NCBI GenBank assembly: GCA_902791865.1
Contig: CADAXK010000001.1
Location: 128,205 to 192,204, forward strand
Reading direction: 5' to 3'
Length of the DNA stretch: 64,000 bases
Origin: an uncultured Bacteroidia bacterium
Lineage (GTDB): Bacteria; Bacteroidota; Bacteroidia; Bacteroidales; ML635J-15
This document shows positions 36,679 to 46,140 of this stretch, one piece after another. Numbering within the stretch: position 1 is the first letter of the stretch; each line of letters opens with the position of its first letter. Under the pieces are notes generated by a model that had not been told where the DNA came from, searched no databases, and saw nothing but the letters and a program-made list of their open reading frames with translations. A program made the translations under genes and the position numbers.

Positions 36679-38169
36679 ATGGAAGGAAAACTTTACTTAT
36701 ATAACACACTTTCGCGCACGAAAGTGGAATTCAAGCCGATAAAACCGCCATTCGTAGGAATGTATGTATGCGGACCTACAGTTTACGGCGATGCACATTT
36801 GGGTCACGCACGTCCGGCAATAACCTTCGACCTTTTGTTCCGCACACTCACGGCTCTGGGCTACAAGGTTCGCTATGTCCGCAACATCACCGATGTTGGC
36901 CACCTCGAACACGACGCCGATGAAGGCGAGGACAAGATTGCAAAGAAGGCTCGTCTCGAACAGCTTGAACCAATGGAAGTTGCACAATACTACACAAACC
37001 GCTACCATCATGCAATGGAAAAGTTGAACGTGCTTCCGCCAAGCATCGAACCACACGCATCGGGACATATCCCCGAACAAATCAAGTTCGTTGAGAAAAT
37101 TCTTGACGCTGGCTACGCATACATCAGCGAAGGTTCTGTTTATTTCGATGTAGAAAAGTACAACCAGAAATTCCACTACGGAAAACTCTCAGGACGTAAC
37201 ATTGAGGAACTCCTTGAAACCACCCGCGAACTCGACGGTCAGACCGAAAAGCGCCGCAGCATCGACTTTGCTCTATGGAAAAAGGCCGCACCGGAACACA
37301 TTATGCGTTGGGAATCGCCTTGGAGCGACGGTTTCCCCGGCTGGCACATGGAATGCTCGGCTATGGCTACCAAATACTTGGGCGAAGAATTCGATATCCA
37401 TGGCGGCGGAATGGACCTGATGTTCCCGCACCACGAATGCGAAATCGCACAATCGACAGCAGCACTCGGACACGAATCTGTTCACTACTGGGTTCACAAC
37501 AACATGATTACCATCAACGGACAGAAGATGGGCAAGTCGTTGGGCAACTTCATCACGCTCGATGAATTTTTCAACGGCACATCGCACAAGAACGCCGAAG
37601 GCAAAGAGCTGATAGAGAAGGCTTACTCGCCAATGACAATCAGATTCTTCATCTTACAAGCACACTACCGCGGCACACTCGACTTCTCGAACGAAGCACT
37701 TCAGTCGGCCGAAAAGGGACTTGCAAGACTTATGGAAGCATACGCACGCCTCGGAAAACTTACCGCATCCGACACGACAACGGTAGATGTCAAGGACTTG
37801 CGCAAGAAATGCGAAGAAGCCATCCTCGACGACCTCAACACTCCGATAGTGATTTCGCACCTGTTCGAAGCAGCTAAGGCAATAAACACCGTAGCCGACG
37901 GCAAAGGCACAATCTCGAAGGAAGACCTTGAAGAATTACGCAGCACATACAAGCTATTCGTTGAGGACATTCTCGGTCTGCAGGTAGCAGACAATGGCGA
38001 CAATGGAAAATTAGACTCCTACAAGAAAGCCGTTGACCTCCTCCTGAACATCCGCCTCGAAGCCAAGCAGAACAAGGACTGGGCTACCAGCGACAAGATT
38101 CGCAACGAGCTCACCGCCTTGGGCTTCAATATAAAGGACAAGAAGGACGGATTCGAATGGGATTTGTAA
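36679..38169 (+). CDS. cysS: Cysteine--tRNA ligase
   Basis: Class I aaRS motifs are present: HLGHAR (the HIGH motif) and KMGKSLGN (the KMSKS motif). GWHMEC is the zinc site of CysRS. Confidence 0.95.
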   Translation: MEGKLYLYNTLSRTKVEFKPIKPPFVGMYVCGPTVYGDAHLGHARPAITFDLLFRTLTALGYKVRYVRNITDVGHLEHDADEGEDKIAKKARLEQLEPMEVAQYYTNRYHHAMEKLNVLPPSIEPHASGHIPEQIKFVEKILDAGYAYISEGSVYFDVEKYNQKFHYGKLSGRNIEELLETTRELDGQTEKRRSIDFALWKKAAPEHIMRWESPWSDGFPGWHMECSAMATKYLGEEFDIHGGGMDLMFPHHECEIAQSTAALGHESVHYWVHNNMITINGQKMGKSLGNFITLDEFFNGTSHKNAEGKELIEKAYSPMTIRFFILQAHYRGTLDFSNEALQSAEKGLARLMEAYARLGKLTASDTTTVDVKDLRKKCEEAILDDLNTPIVISHLFEAAKAINTVADGKGTISKEDLEELRSTYKLFVEDILGLQVADNGDNGKLDSYKKAVDLLLNIRLEAKQNKDWATSDKIRNELTALGFNIKDKKDGFEWDL

Positions 38170-38170
38170 G

Positions 38171-38258
38171 AGGCTAGAAAGCCAAAAGGCTAGAAGGCTA
38201 ACAGTCTCGCAGACCCACAAGCTAAAAGCCCAAAAGCAACACCCTGCAAGCCTACAAC
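38171..38258. repeat. Degenerate 8-bp tandem array (about 11 units, ARGCYMRA-like)
   Basis: The sequence reads aggctaga aagccaaa aggctaga aggctaac agtctcgc agacccac aagctaaa agcccaaa agcaacac cctgcaag cctacaac. It starts 2 nt after the cysS stop codon. Confidence 0.75.
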
Positions 38259-38277
38259 AATAAAAGAATGGGAATAT

Positions 38278-39084
38278 ATGGAAATAATAGTTAAGGATGC
38301 ACAGATACGGACAATGAAAAAGTCTGGGGTGGATTATATTAGCGTGACTGACATTGCTAAACAGAAAAACGCGATAGACCCCAACGGAGTAATTGCAAAC
38401 TGGATGCGCAACAGAAACACAATAGAATTTCTAGGAATTTGGGAAATGCTCTATAATCCAAATTTTAAACCCCTCGAATTCGAAGGGTTTAGAAAAGAAG
38501 CAGGCCTTAATGCATTTACGATGTCCCCATCTCGTTGGATCAATGCAACAAACGCCATCGGAATCATATCACAATCAGGAAGATATGGAGGGACTTACGC
38601 ACAAACAGACATTGCTTTTGAATTTGCATCGTGGATTTCTGTTGAATTCAGACTATATTTAGTCAAAGAGTTCCAAAGGTTGAAAGTTGAGGAGCAGAAA
38701 ATGCTCGGTTGGTCAGCAAAGCGCGAATTATCAAAAATAAATTACCATATACACACTAATGCAATCAAAAGCAATCTGATTCCAGAAGAAATTACGACAG
38801 CCCAGGCAAGTATCATATACGCAGAAGAAGCAGATGTTCTCAATGTGGCAATGTTCGGCATGACTGCCAAGCAATGGCGCGAAACCAACCCCGATTTGAA
38901 AGGGAACATTCGCGACTACGCCACAATCAACGAACTTATATGCCTTTCGAATATGGAGAATATTAACGCAGTATTAATCAACGATGGCGTATCACAACGA
39001 GAACGGCTTTTGAAACTTAACCGTATTGCCATACAACAGATGCGTGTTTTAGAGAATGTCAACAACAAGAACCTTTTAGATTAA
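38278..39084 (+). CDS. KilA-N domain-containing protein
   Basis: GVDYISVTDIAKQKN...ANWMRNRNTIEFLGIWEMLYNPNFKPLEFEGF...YAQTDIAFEFASWISVEFRLYLVKEFQRLK matches my memory of the Bacteroides KilA-N family. Confidence 0.65.
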   Translation: MEIIVKDAQIRTMKKSGVDYISVTDIAKQKNAIDPNGVIANWMRNRNTIEFLGIWEMLYNPNFKPLEFEGFRKEAGLNAFTMSPSRWINATNAIGIISQSGRYGGTYAQTDIAFEFASWISVEFRLYLVKEFQRLKVEEQKMLGWSAKRELSKINYHIHTNAIKSNLIPEEITTAQASIIYAEEADVLNVAMFGMTAKQWRETNPDLKGNIRDYATINELICLSNMENINAVLINDGVSQRERLLKLNRIAIQQMRVLENVNNKNLLD

Positions 39085-39342
39085 AATTATCTCTCATACA
39101 AATACCATTTGTGGTCGCTATTTGCGAGTTCAAACACAAACAATAAACTCCTAAGATACCTTGGGGACACCTTAATTAAACAAATGAAGATTTTAAATAT
39201 TTTACAGACGCAAAATTTGTGTCTTAATAGAAACGCCGAAGCCATAGAAACGGACGCAGCCATTTAACATTTTGACTATCAAAACACAAAAAAAGTTTTC
39301 AAAAAACGACAAAAGCGTATTTTATTTTTGGAAAAAATGCAA

Positions 39343-39350
39343 TACCTTTG
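39343..39350 (+). promoter_or_regulatory. -7 promoter box (TACCTTTG) for the coiled-coil/zapA pair
   Basis: Exact TAnnTTTG match, 24 nt upstream of the ATG at 39374. Confidence 0.5.
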
Positions 39351-39373
39351 CAAATTGAAAATTTTGGTCAAAA

Positions 39374-39673
39374 ATGGGAGAAACTGAATATAGAGTACAG
39401 TTGTCGAATATAAGTACAAATGTAGATCGAATTGTATCGCTCTGCAATTCTCTCATTGAAAAGAACGCCAAATTGACAAAAGAGAACGAGAACTTGAATA
39501 ATGAACTTAACATAAAGAAAGAGAGACTAATAGAAATAGAAAAAAGATACAATGACCTGAAGCTGGCCCAAGCCTTTAGCAGTCCGATAGCCGGTGGCGA
39601 CAAGGAAGCCAAGCAGAAGATCAACAAAATAATACGGGAAATAGAAAACTGCATTACTCTTTTAAAAAAGTAG
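39374..39673 (+). CDS. Small coiled-coil protein (possibly a ZapB-like cell-division factor)
   Basis: 99 aa with a heptad-rich sequence, located directly upstream of zapA. The functional call is inference only. Confidence 0.5.
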   Translation: MGETEYRVQLSNISTNVDRIVSLCNSLIEKNAKLTKENENLNNELNIKKERLIEIEKRYNDLKLAQAFSSPIAGGDKEAKQKINKIIREIENCITLLKK

Positions 39674-39683
39674 TTAGAAAACA

Positions 39684-40040
39684 ATGGAATACAACGAAAA
39701 TTTAACGACAACAACCATAACCCTGAACATTGACAGCAGGAGCTACAAACTCAACATTTCCAAGGATGACAAAAGGAAAGAGGAGCTACTAAGGAAATCG
39801 GCAGATGTTATGAACTCGTTAATTGAACACAAAAGGAAAACTACTGCGGGAATCCTTACCGATGACCGCGACATCGTTGTGCTTGCACTATTGAACTTTG
39901 TATATAAAACTTTAAGCAACGAAATCAATGCCTCCAAGAAAAACGAACAATTGGAGGACTCTATAATAGAGCTGAAAAACTTGAATTTTAAGCTGGAAGA
40001 AATTATCGAATCATTCAACAAACTTAACTACAAAGAGTAA
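39684..40040 (+). CDS. zapA: Cell division protein ZapA
   Basis: 118 aa. The pattern ITLNIDSRSYKLNISKDDKRKEELLRKSADVMNSLIE...DRDIVVLALLNFVYK followed by a coiled-coil tail is the ZapA layout. Confidence 0.65.
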   Translation: MEYNENLTTTTITLNIDSRSYKLNISKDDKRKEELLRKSADVMNSLIEHKRKTTAGILTDDRDIVVLALLNFVYKTLSNEINASKKNEQLEDSIIELKNLNFKLEEIIESFNKLNYKE

Positions 40041-40076
40041 ACGTTCTTTTAAATATATTCGTGGTTTTAAATATTG

Positions 40077-40272
40077 CCCGTATAAGTCTTTAAGAGGCTG
40101 AAAAACTTAACAATTTAAACACAATTGGAGCATCTCTCTGATTATGTACGACAGGCCTTATGGCTCTTAGGAGCCAGTTGCTTCGCAACCGTTGGAAGCC
40201 GGAAATAGTTTGGAGGCTCCGCCCATTCATATCAAGGGGTTTTTTCACGGTTAAAGACTTTGCGGGTTTTTT
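40077..40272 (+). ncRNA. ssrS: Candidate 6S RNA
   Basis: About 190 nt, lying between zapA and rny. A long interrupted closing stem pairs CCCG/CGGG, AAGTCTTTAA (40084-40093) with TTAAAGACTT (40251-40260), and TGAAAAA (40099-40105) with TTTTTCA (40241-40247). There is an A-rich unpaired 5' central strand, an internal GGAGC/GCTCC pairing, an apical hairpin GGCTC-ttag-GAGCC (40162-40175) and a 3'-side hairpin GTTGC-ttc-GCAAC. A T6 run lies at 40267-40272. In E. coli ssrS also follows zapA. The ends are accurate to about 10 nt. Confidence 0.55.
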
Positions 40273-40294
40273 GTTTTATTTTAAATATATATAT

Positions 40295-41839
40295 ATGAGC
40301 ACATTAACTATTGGAATCATCATCGGAGTCGTAGCATTTGCGGGCGGCACAGCACTATCGTTTTTCCTTTGGGATCACATTCTTGTGAAGAAAAAGAACA
40401 AGATTGTAAGCGAAGCCAAGACTGAAGCAGAAGTCATAAAGAAGGAAAAGGAACTCGCCGCAAAGGAAAAATTCCTGCAACTAAAAGCCGAAAACGACAG
40501 AAACTTCAACGAAAAGAACCAGAAAATTGCCGCTGCCGAAAACAGAATCAAGCAGAAGGAAGCCAGCATAACTGCCAAAATGGAGGAAATGCAACGCGCA
40601 AAGAAAGAAAACGATACCCTCCGAGAAAACCTGAACAAGCAGATTGAACTTGCTGAAAAGAAGGCAGAAGAACTTGACAAGACACACAAGGCACAGGTAG
40701 AAAAACTGGAAAGCCTTTCGGGAATATCATCAGAACAAGCAAAGAAGGAACTCATCGAATCGATGCAGGAAAATGCTAAGGCAGAAGCGATTACTCTCAT
40801 AAACGACATTATTGACGAAGCCAAGATGACCGCTAACAAGGAAGCAAAACGCATCATCCTCGAAACCATACAGCGTGTCGCTACCGAAACTGCAATCGAG
40901 AACGCTGTTACCGTATTCCACATCGAAAGCGACGAACTGAAAGGCCGTATCATTGGTCGTGAAGGCCGTAACATCAGGGCTTTGGAAGCTGCAACTGGCG
41001 TTGAAATCGTTGTTGATGATACACCAGAAGCAATTCTGCTTTCGGCATTCGACCCTGTAAGACGCGAAATTGCAAGACTTTCTCTGCACCAGCTTGTTAC
41101 CGATGGTAGAATCCACCCAGCACGTATCGAAGAAGTTGTAAACAAGACCACTAAGCAGATTGAAGAAGAAATCATTGAGGTTGGTAAGCGTACTTCTATT
41201 GACCTTGGCGTTCACAACTTGCATCCGGAACTTATCCGCCTAATCGGTAAGATGAAATACCGCTCATCGTACGGACAGAACCTGCTGCAGCACTCGCGCG
41301 AAGTTGCTAACCTCTGCGCTATCATGGCAGCAGAACTCGGACTTAACACCAAGTTGGCAAAGCGCGCCGGTCTGCTCCACGATATTGGCAAGGTTTCGGA
41401 CGAAGAACCTGAACTTCCACACGCAATCTACGGCATGAAATTAGCCGAAAAGTACAAGGAAAAGCCAGAGGTTTGCAATGCAATCGGTGCTCACCACGAT
41501 GAAACCGAAATGACAAGCCTCATCGCTCCTATAGTACAGATTTGCGATGCTATTTCGGGTGCACGTCCTGGTGCTCGCCGCGAAATAGTAGAATCGTACA
41601 TCAAGCGTCTGAAAGACCTCGAAAACCTTGCCCTCTCCTACCCGAGCGTTGTCAAGACATACGCAATTCAGGCAGGACGCGAACTTAGGGTTATCGTTGG
41701 TAGCGAAAAGATTACAGATGCAGAATCAGAACAACTCAGCCTCGAAATCGCAAGGCGCGTTCAGGACGAAATGACATATCCTGGACAAGTTAAGATTACT
41801 GTCATCAGGGAAACAAGGTCGGTAAACTATGCAAAGTAA
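40295..41839 (+). CDS. rny: Ribonuclease Y
   Basis: An N-terminal TM helix ([18 protein letters not shown]), a K/E-rich coiled coil, a KH domain ([15 protein letters not shown]) and an HD domain (LLHDIGK...GAHHDE). The track start at 40160 would read through the 6S candidate and is rejected. Confidence 0.9.
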   Translation: MSTLTIGIIIGVVAFAGGTALSFFLWDHILVKKKNKIVSEAKTEAEVIKKEKELAAKEKFLQLKAENDRNFNEKNQKIAAAENRIKQKEASITAKMEEMQRAKKENDTLRENLNKQIELAEKKAEELDKTHKAQVEKLESLSGISSEQAKKELIESMQENAKAEAITLINDIIDEAKMTANKEAKRIILETIQRVATETAIENAVTVFHIESDELKGRIIGREGRNIRALEAATGVEIVVDDTPEAILLSAFDPVRREIARLSLHQLVTDGRIHPARIEEVVNKTTKQIEEEIIEVGKRTSIDLGVHNLHPELIRLIGKMKYRSSYGQNLLQHSREVANLCAIMAAELGLNTKLAKRAGLLHDIGKVSDEEPELPHAIYGMKLAEKYKEKPEVCNAIGAHHDETEMTSLIAPIVQICDAISGARPGARREIVESYIKRLKDLENLALSYPSVVKTYAIQAGRELRVIVGSEKITDAESEQLSLEIARRVQDEMTYPGQVKITVIRETRSVNYAK

Positions 41840-42821
41840 AGGTATTCTACACGATTCAAAGGTGCTGGTAACCGGCGGTGCCGGATTTATCGGCTCCAAC
41901 ATTGTTGAGCGTCTGCTGGCACAAAACAACACAATCGTCTGCCTCGACAATTTCTCTACAGGCAAGCGCGAAAATGTTGAACCATTCATGAGCAACAGCA
42001 ACTTTACGCTCATTGAAGGCGACATCCGCGACCTAGAAACTTGTCGCAAAGCATGCGAAGGAATTGAAATCGTTCTCCACGAAGCTGCTCTTGGCTCGGT
42101 GCCACGCAGCATCAACGACCCGATAACAACCAACGCGGTAAACATCGGCGGATTCCTAAACATGATTGTAGCAGCAAGAGATGCCAAGGTAAAACGCTTC
42201 GTATATGCAGCAAGCTCATCAACCTACGGCGATTCAAAGACATTGCCTAAAATCGAGGAAAACATTGGCAAACCACTGTCGCCATACGCAATAACAAAGT
42301 ATGTAGATGAACTTTACGCAAGCATTTTCGGCAAACTTTACGGCATGAGCACAATTGGCTTACGATATTTCAATGTATTCGGTCAGAGACAAGACCCCGA
42401 AAGTGCGTACGCTGCAGTTTTCCCGAAGTTCATTAAGGCTCTCATAAACCACAAGTCGCCAGTAATCTATGGAGATGGCGAACAGTCGAGAGACTTCACA
42501 TACATTGACAATGTAATCCAAGCCAACGAACTGGCAGCAACAACGACAAATCCTGAAGCCGAAAATACGGTTTTCAATGTTGCTTTCGGAGAAAGCAATT
42601 CGCTCAACGACCTTACTGCCGAAATCGTAGAAAGCCTATCGGCATTTGACCCCGAAATTGCAAAGGTCAAAATTGAGCATGGAGCAGTAAGACTTGGCGA
42701 CATCCGCGATTCGCTTGCATCTATCGAAAAAGCCAAACGAATTCTGGGGTACAATCCGCACTACGATGTCCACGAAGGACTGAAACATGCAATAAAATGG
42801 TATTACGAATATCTGAAATAA
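41829..42821 (+). CDS. NAD-dependent sugar-nucleotide epimerase/dehydratase (extended SDR, WbpP/TviC-like)
   Basis: Rossmann motif [10 protein letters not shown] and catalytic YAITKY (YxxxK). It overlaps the end of rny by 11 nt. Confidence 0.75.
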   Translation: MQSKGILHDSKVLVTGGAGFIGSNIVERLLAQNNTIVCLDNFSTGKRENVEPFMSNSNFTLIEGDIRDLETCRKACEGIEIVLHEAALGSVPRSINDPITTNAVNIGGFLNMIVAARDAKVKRFVYAASSSTYGDSKTLPKIEENIGKPLSPYAITKYVDELYASIFGKLYGMSTIGLRYFNVFGQRQDPESAYAAVFPKFIKALINHKSPVIYGDGEQSRDFTYIDNVIQANELAATTTNPEAENTVFNVAFGESNSLNDLTAEIVESLSAFDPEIAKVKIEHGAVRLGDIRDSLASIEKAKRILGYNPHYDVHEGLKHAIKWYYEYLK

Positions 42822-42823
42822 CA

Positions 42824-42851
42824 AAAAAGCCCCGAATCGGGGCTTTTTTGT
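42824..42851. terminator. Bidirectional rho-independent terminator
   Basis: AAAAAA-GCCCCG-aat-CGGGGC-TTTTTT, between the convergent epimerase and DUF4197 genes. Confidence 0.8.
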
Positions 42852-42864
42852 TGCTATTGCATGA

Positions 42865-43740
42865 TTAATTTTTCTTTATCACAGTCTTACCTCCGCTTGA
42901 ACTTCCTGTCGAAGTTGTACCCGCTTTGCCTGAAGAGGAACTTGAACCGGTCTTGCCTACCGTTGTAGTAGATGAGCTTGATCCTGTTTTGGTTGCAGTA
43001 CTACCAGAACTTGAGGAACTGCCTGACGATGTTTTTGAACTACCGAAAACAGTTCTTAGCAGACTTGATGTCTGAGCCGATGTCTTAGTGCGAATTTCCT
43101 TCTCCTCCTTAGCCATAATCTTGAAAATTCCAGCAACCGCCTTCTCGGTAACATACTGCGTAAGGTCGGTACTAACCTGCGAACCACCCGTAAGCGCCAT
43201 AACAGCATTGTACTTTGTTGCTAGCGGTGTCCAGTATGATGCCAACTTTATCTTTTCGTTCGACTTTGCAACAACAGACGAAACCTTTGATGTTATGGCA
43301 GAGGTTGTTGTCTTCTTCATGTACTCGGTTGCTGCATCCTCGTTACCGAGAATTATGCCTAGAGCATCATTTATAGTCATCTGCGTAATTGCAGTCTTGA
43401 AAATCTCCTTTACACCAGTTGCAGCATCCTCGGCAGAACGGTTCAACTTTTCGGTAAACTGGTCAACTTGATTGGAAAATCCAACTTGTCTCAACTTATC
43501 TTCAACCTTTTTCAACGACTGTGGAAATGGAATCTTTACTTCCGTATTCCTGAAAAAACCATCAGTCACGCCAAGTTTTGCCAGCGAATTGTCGGCACTA
43601 ACCTGCAAAAGTTCCTTTACTGCCTTGCCCAATTCGGTCTGCGACATCGAACCAAGCGTAGAATTGCCAGTAGTTGAAAGCAACATGTCGCATCCGCAGA
43701 AACATGCCGCCAACATTAATATCACAACTATTCTTTTCAT
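42865..43740 (-). CDS. DUF4197-like lipoprotein with a Ser/Gly/Thr-rich C-terminal tail
   Basis: Lipoprotein signal (LMLAACFCGC). The body (GKAVKELLQVSADNSLAKLGVTDGFFRNTEVKIPFP...) matches my memory of DUF4197. The last 60 or so aa are a low-complexity S/G/T/K tract. Confidence 0.65.
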   Translation of the reverse strand: MKRIVVILMLAACFCGCDMLLSTTGNSTLGSMSQTELGKAVKELLQVSADNSLAKLGVTDGFFRNTEVKIPFPQSLKKVEDKLRQVGFSNQVDQFTEKLNRSAEDAATGVKEIFKTAITQMTINDALGIILGNEDAATEYMKKTTTSAITSKVSSVVAKSNEKIKLASYWTPLATKYNAVMALTGGSQVSTDLTQYVTEKAVAGIFKIMAKEEKEIRTKTSAQTSSLLRTVFGSSKTSSGSSSSSGSTATKTGSSSSTTTVGKTGSSSSSGKAGTTSTGSSSGGKTVIKKN

Positions 43741-43774
43741 ACTATAACAATTTAATTTTCAATATTTTAACAAA

Positions 43775-45226
43775 TCAATCTTCTTTTACAACCGATTTTG
43801 CTGCGCGGAAATGCTTCCAAACAAAAAATCCCACGCAAGCCGCAACAGTAACAACTCCACCCAATGAGTACGAAATTGCCTTTCCTAACCCAAAACCTTC
43901 CTTTTCGGCAATGAAAATAAAGGTAGAACAAACCATTGTCATAAACAAGGCTGGAACCAATGTTATCCAATAGAATTTCTTCTTTATTGCCAAATAAACC
44001 GTTATTGCCCACAAGGTGAACACCGACAAAACCTGATTTGCCCAGGCAAAGTAACGCCAGATTACATCGAATCCCTGTGGCGATGCAAGACTATAAATCA
44101 ATATTCCAGCCGTCACGGCAAACATCGGAACGGCAATAATGAGCCTATTGCGTATTGGTTTCTGGTCGGAATGCATGAAATCAGCAATTATCAGTCGTGC
44201 CGAACGCAAAGCGGTATCACCAGATGTTACAGCAGCACTTATTACACCAAGAATTGTAATTATAGCAATCACAGGTGTAAACCAAGTTTCAGCAATAAGT
44301 CCGACCATTGCTGGACCGCTCTTTCCATCGGTAACGATTCCGCTTTCGGGCGAGAAGAAATAAGCCGCAGCAGCAGCCCATATAAGTGCTACAATACCTT
44401 CTGTAATCATTGCTCCGTAGAAAATCGGTCGTCCCTGCTTCTCGTTTACCATACAGCGGGCCATAAGCGGCGACTGCGTAGCATGGAATCCCGAAATTGC
44501 ACCGCAAGCGATGGAGATGAACATCATTGGGAAAATCGGATTTGTTTCGGCAGCTGGGTGACGATTCTCAAGTCCGTCCCACAATTCGGGAATTGCAGGC
44601 TGATAGCAAATGAACGCCACCACAATAGCCACGGCCATTCCTAGCAACAGAATGCCGAAAATCGGATATATGCGTCCGATGACCTTGTCGATTGGTAACA
44701 ATGTAGCAATCAGGTAGTAGAACAAAATTATCCCTACCCAGATGTAGATGTTCCAATTTGGTGTAAAGTGCGTATTGAGCAGAGTTGCAGGCGTATTTAC
44801 AAAGACAACACCAACTAGAATCATCAGTATCACCATGAAACCGCGCATAAACTGCTTAACACCGTTGCCTAAATAGTCGCCGTGTATTTCGGGCAGACTG
44901 CAACCTTTGTTGCGCAACGAAATCATTCCTGCAAAGAAATCGTGTACCGCACCAGCGAAGATGCTACCGAGCACAATCCACAGAAATGAAGCTGTTCCGA
45001 ACTTTGCGCCCATGATTGCACCGCAGATTGGTCCAACACCAGCAATGTTAAGGAACTGAATCATAAAGATTCTCCACGGCTTCATCGGAATGTAGTCGAC
45101 ACCGTCGGCCATACTTACGGCTGGCGTTACGCGGTTCTTGTCGATGCCGAAAATTCGCTCAGCAAGCTTTCCATAAAGGAAATAACCGACAATCAGCACC
45201 GCAATGGCTATAAAAAAGGTAATCAT
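43775..45226 (-). CDS. cstA: Carbon starvation protein CstA (peptide/pyruvate transporter family)
   Basis: 483 aa and polytopic. The N-terminus MITFFIAIAVLIVGYFLYGKLAERIFG and the FLNIAGVGPI motif are typical of CstA. Confidence 0.8.
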   Translation of the reverse strand: MITFFIAIAVLIVGYFLYGKLAERIFGIDKNRVTPAVSMADGVDYIPMKPWRIFMIQFLNIAGVGPICGAIMGAKFGTASFLWIVLGSIFAGAVHDFFAGMISLRNKGCSLPEIHGDYLGNGVKQFMRGFMVILMILVGVVFVNTPATLLNTHFTPNWNIYIWVGIILFYYLIATLLPIDKVIGRIYPIFGILLLGMAVAIVVAFICYQPAIPELWDGLENRHPAAETNPIFPMMFISIACGAISGFHATQSPLMARCMVNEKQGRPIFYGAMITEGIVALIWAAAAAYFFSPESGIVTDGKSGPAMVGLIAETWFTPVIAIITILGVISAAVTSGDTALRSARLIIADFMHSDQKPIRNRLIIAVPMFAVTAGILIYSLASPQGFDVIWRYFAWANQVLSVFTLWAITVYLAIKKKFYWITLVPALFMTMVCSTFIFIAEKEGFGLGKAISYSLGGVVTVAACVGFFVWKHFRAAKSVVKED

Positions 45227-45231
45227 ACTAT

Positions 45232-45993
45232 TTATTTTTTACGGAAATTCACAGTTGAGTTTGCCTGAGCAGCCGGCATCACAATCATATCGTTGATGCA
45301 AACATGAGCAGGACGGGTTACGATGTAGAGGATAAAGTCGGCAATGTCCTCGGCATATAGCGGAGTAAGTCCGTCGTAGGTATGGTCGGCGCGTTCCTTG
45401 TCGCCATGGAAGCGGACGGTGGAAAATTCGGTGTTAACCATTCCGGGCGAAACCTGCGAAACCTTCACGCCATACGGAAGCATATCGATGCGCATACCTT
45501 TTGTCAGTGCGTCAACTGCGTGCTTTGTAGCGCAATACACGTTTCCGTTTGCATAAACTTCCTTGCCGGCAATGGAATCAATGTTAATGATATGTCCCGA
45601 CTTGCGTTCAATCATCATCGGTGAAACCTTGCGTGTAAGGTAAAGCAAACCTTTCACGTTGGTATCAATCATCTTTTCCCAGTCCTCGATGTCGCCGCTC
45701 TGAATCGGGTCGAGACCAGATGCAAGACCCGCGTTGTTAACCAAAACATCGATGTTTTTCCACTCTGCTGGCAACGAATCTATTGCCTCGCACACTTGTT
45801 TGTTGTCGCGAACATCGAAATTGAGCGTATAAACTTTAGAATCGGTTGTATTTTCGAGTTCCTTCTTCAGTTCCTGAAGGCGCTCGTTTCTACGACCAGT
45901 GATTATTACATCATATCCGTTTTTAGCTAATATTTCGGCAGTTGCCTTGCCAATTCCAGCAGTTGCGCCAGATACCAATGCTATCTTTTTCAT
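45232..45993 (-). CDS. Short-chain dehydrogenase/reductase (YdfG-like NADP-dependent)
   Basis: SGATAGIGKA (TGxxxGxG), NNAG and YCATKH (YxxxK). Confidence 0.85.
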   Translation of the reverse strand: MKKIALVSGATAGIGKATAEILAKNGYDVIITGRRNERLQELKKELENTTDSKVYTLNFDVRDNKQVCEAIDSLPAEWKNIDVLVNNAGLASGLDPIQSGDIEDWEKMIDTNVKGLLYLTRKVSPMMIERKSGHIINIDSIAGKEVYANGNVYCATKHAVDALTKGMRIDMLPYGVKVSQVSPGMVNTEFSTVRFHGDKERADHTYDGLTPLYAEDIADFILYIVTRPAHVCINDMIVMPAAQANSTVNFRKK

Positions 45994-46081
45994 TGCAAAA
46001 TCGTTTTTAGAAATTGAGATGTAAAGATAGATAAAATTTTTGTCGGTACTACCACTTTTAACTGCTAACTTTTAATTTATT

Positions 46082-46136
46082 AGTCGTTGCGTGCAACGAC
46101 TCTACTTTTATTCCGTTTGTCGTTGCTCGCAACGAC
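46082..46136. repeat. Two tandem GTTGC..GCAAC palindromic hairpins (REP-like)
   Basis: The first is AGTCGTTGC-gt-GCAACGACT at 46082-46101 and the second is GTCGTTGC-tc-GCAACGAC at 46119-46136. Each is followed by CTCTAC, and both lie just downstream of the 46141 gene stop on the minus strand. A related copy lies at 61621-61648. Confidence 0.8.
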
Positions 46137-46140
46137 TCTA

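Noticed and set aside
38171-39373. A prophage or integrative element around the KilA-N gene.
   Set aside because: There is no integrase, recombinase, tRNA target, direct-repeat att sites or other phage genes within the flanking 10 kb. Only the single gene is present.
40160-40294. The N-terminal 45-codon extension of the rny ORF given by the track (start 40160).
   Set aside because: The extension lies entirely inside the 6S-like structured element and its terminator T-run. The ATG at 40295 begins with the canonical RNase Y transmembrane helix.
40375-41175. A 266-aa minus-strand ORF antisense to rny, and similar antisense ORFs at 40730-41224 and 49235-50166 inside the DUF4175-like gene.
   Set aside because: The antisense of K/E-rich coiled-coil coding sequence yields long S/F/L-rich open frames. 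The sense-strand genes have clear family motifs.
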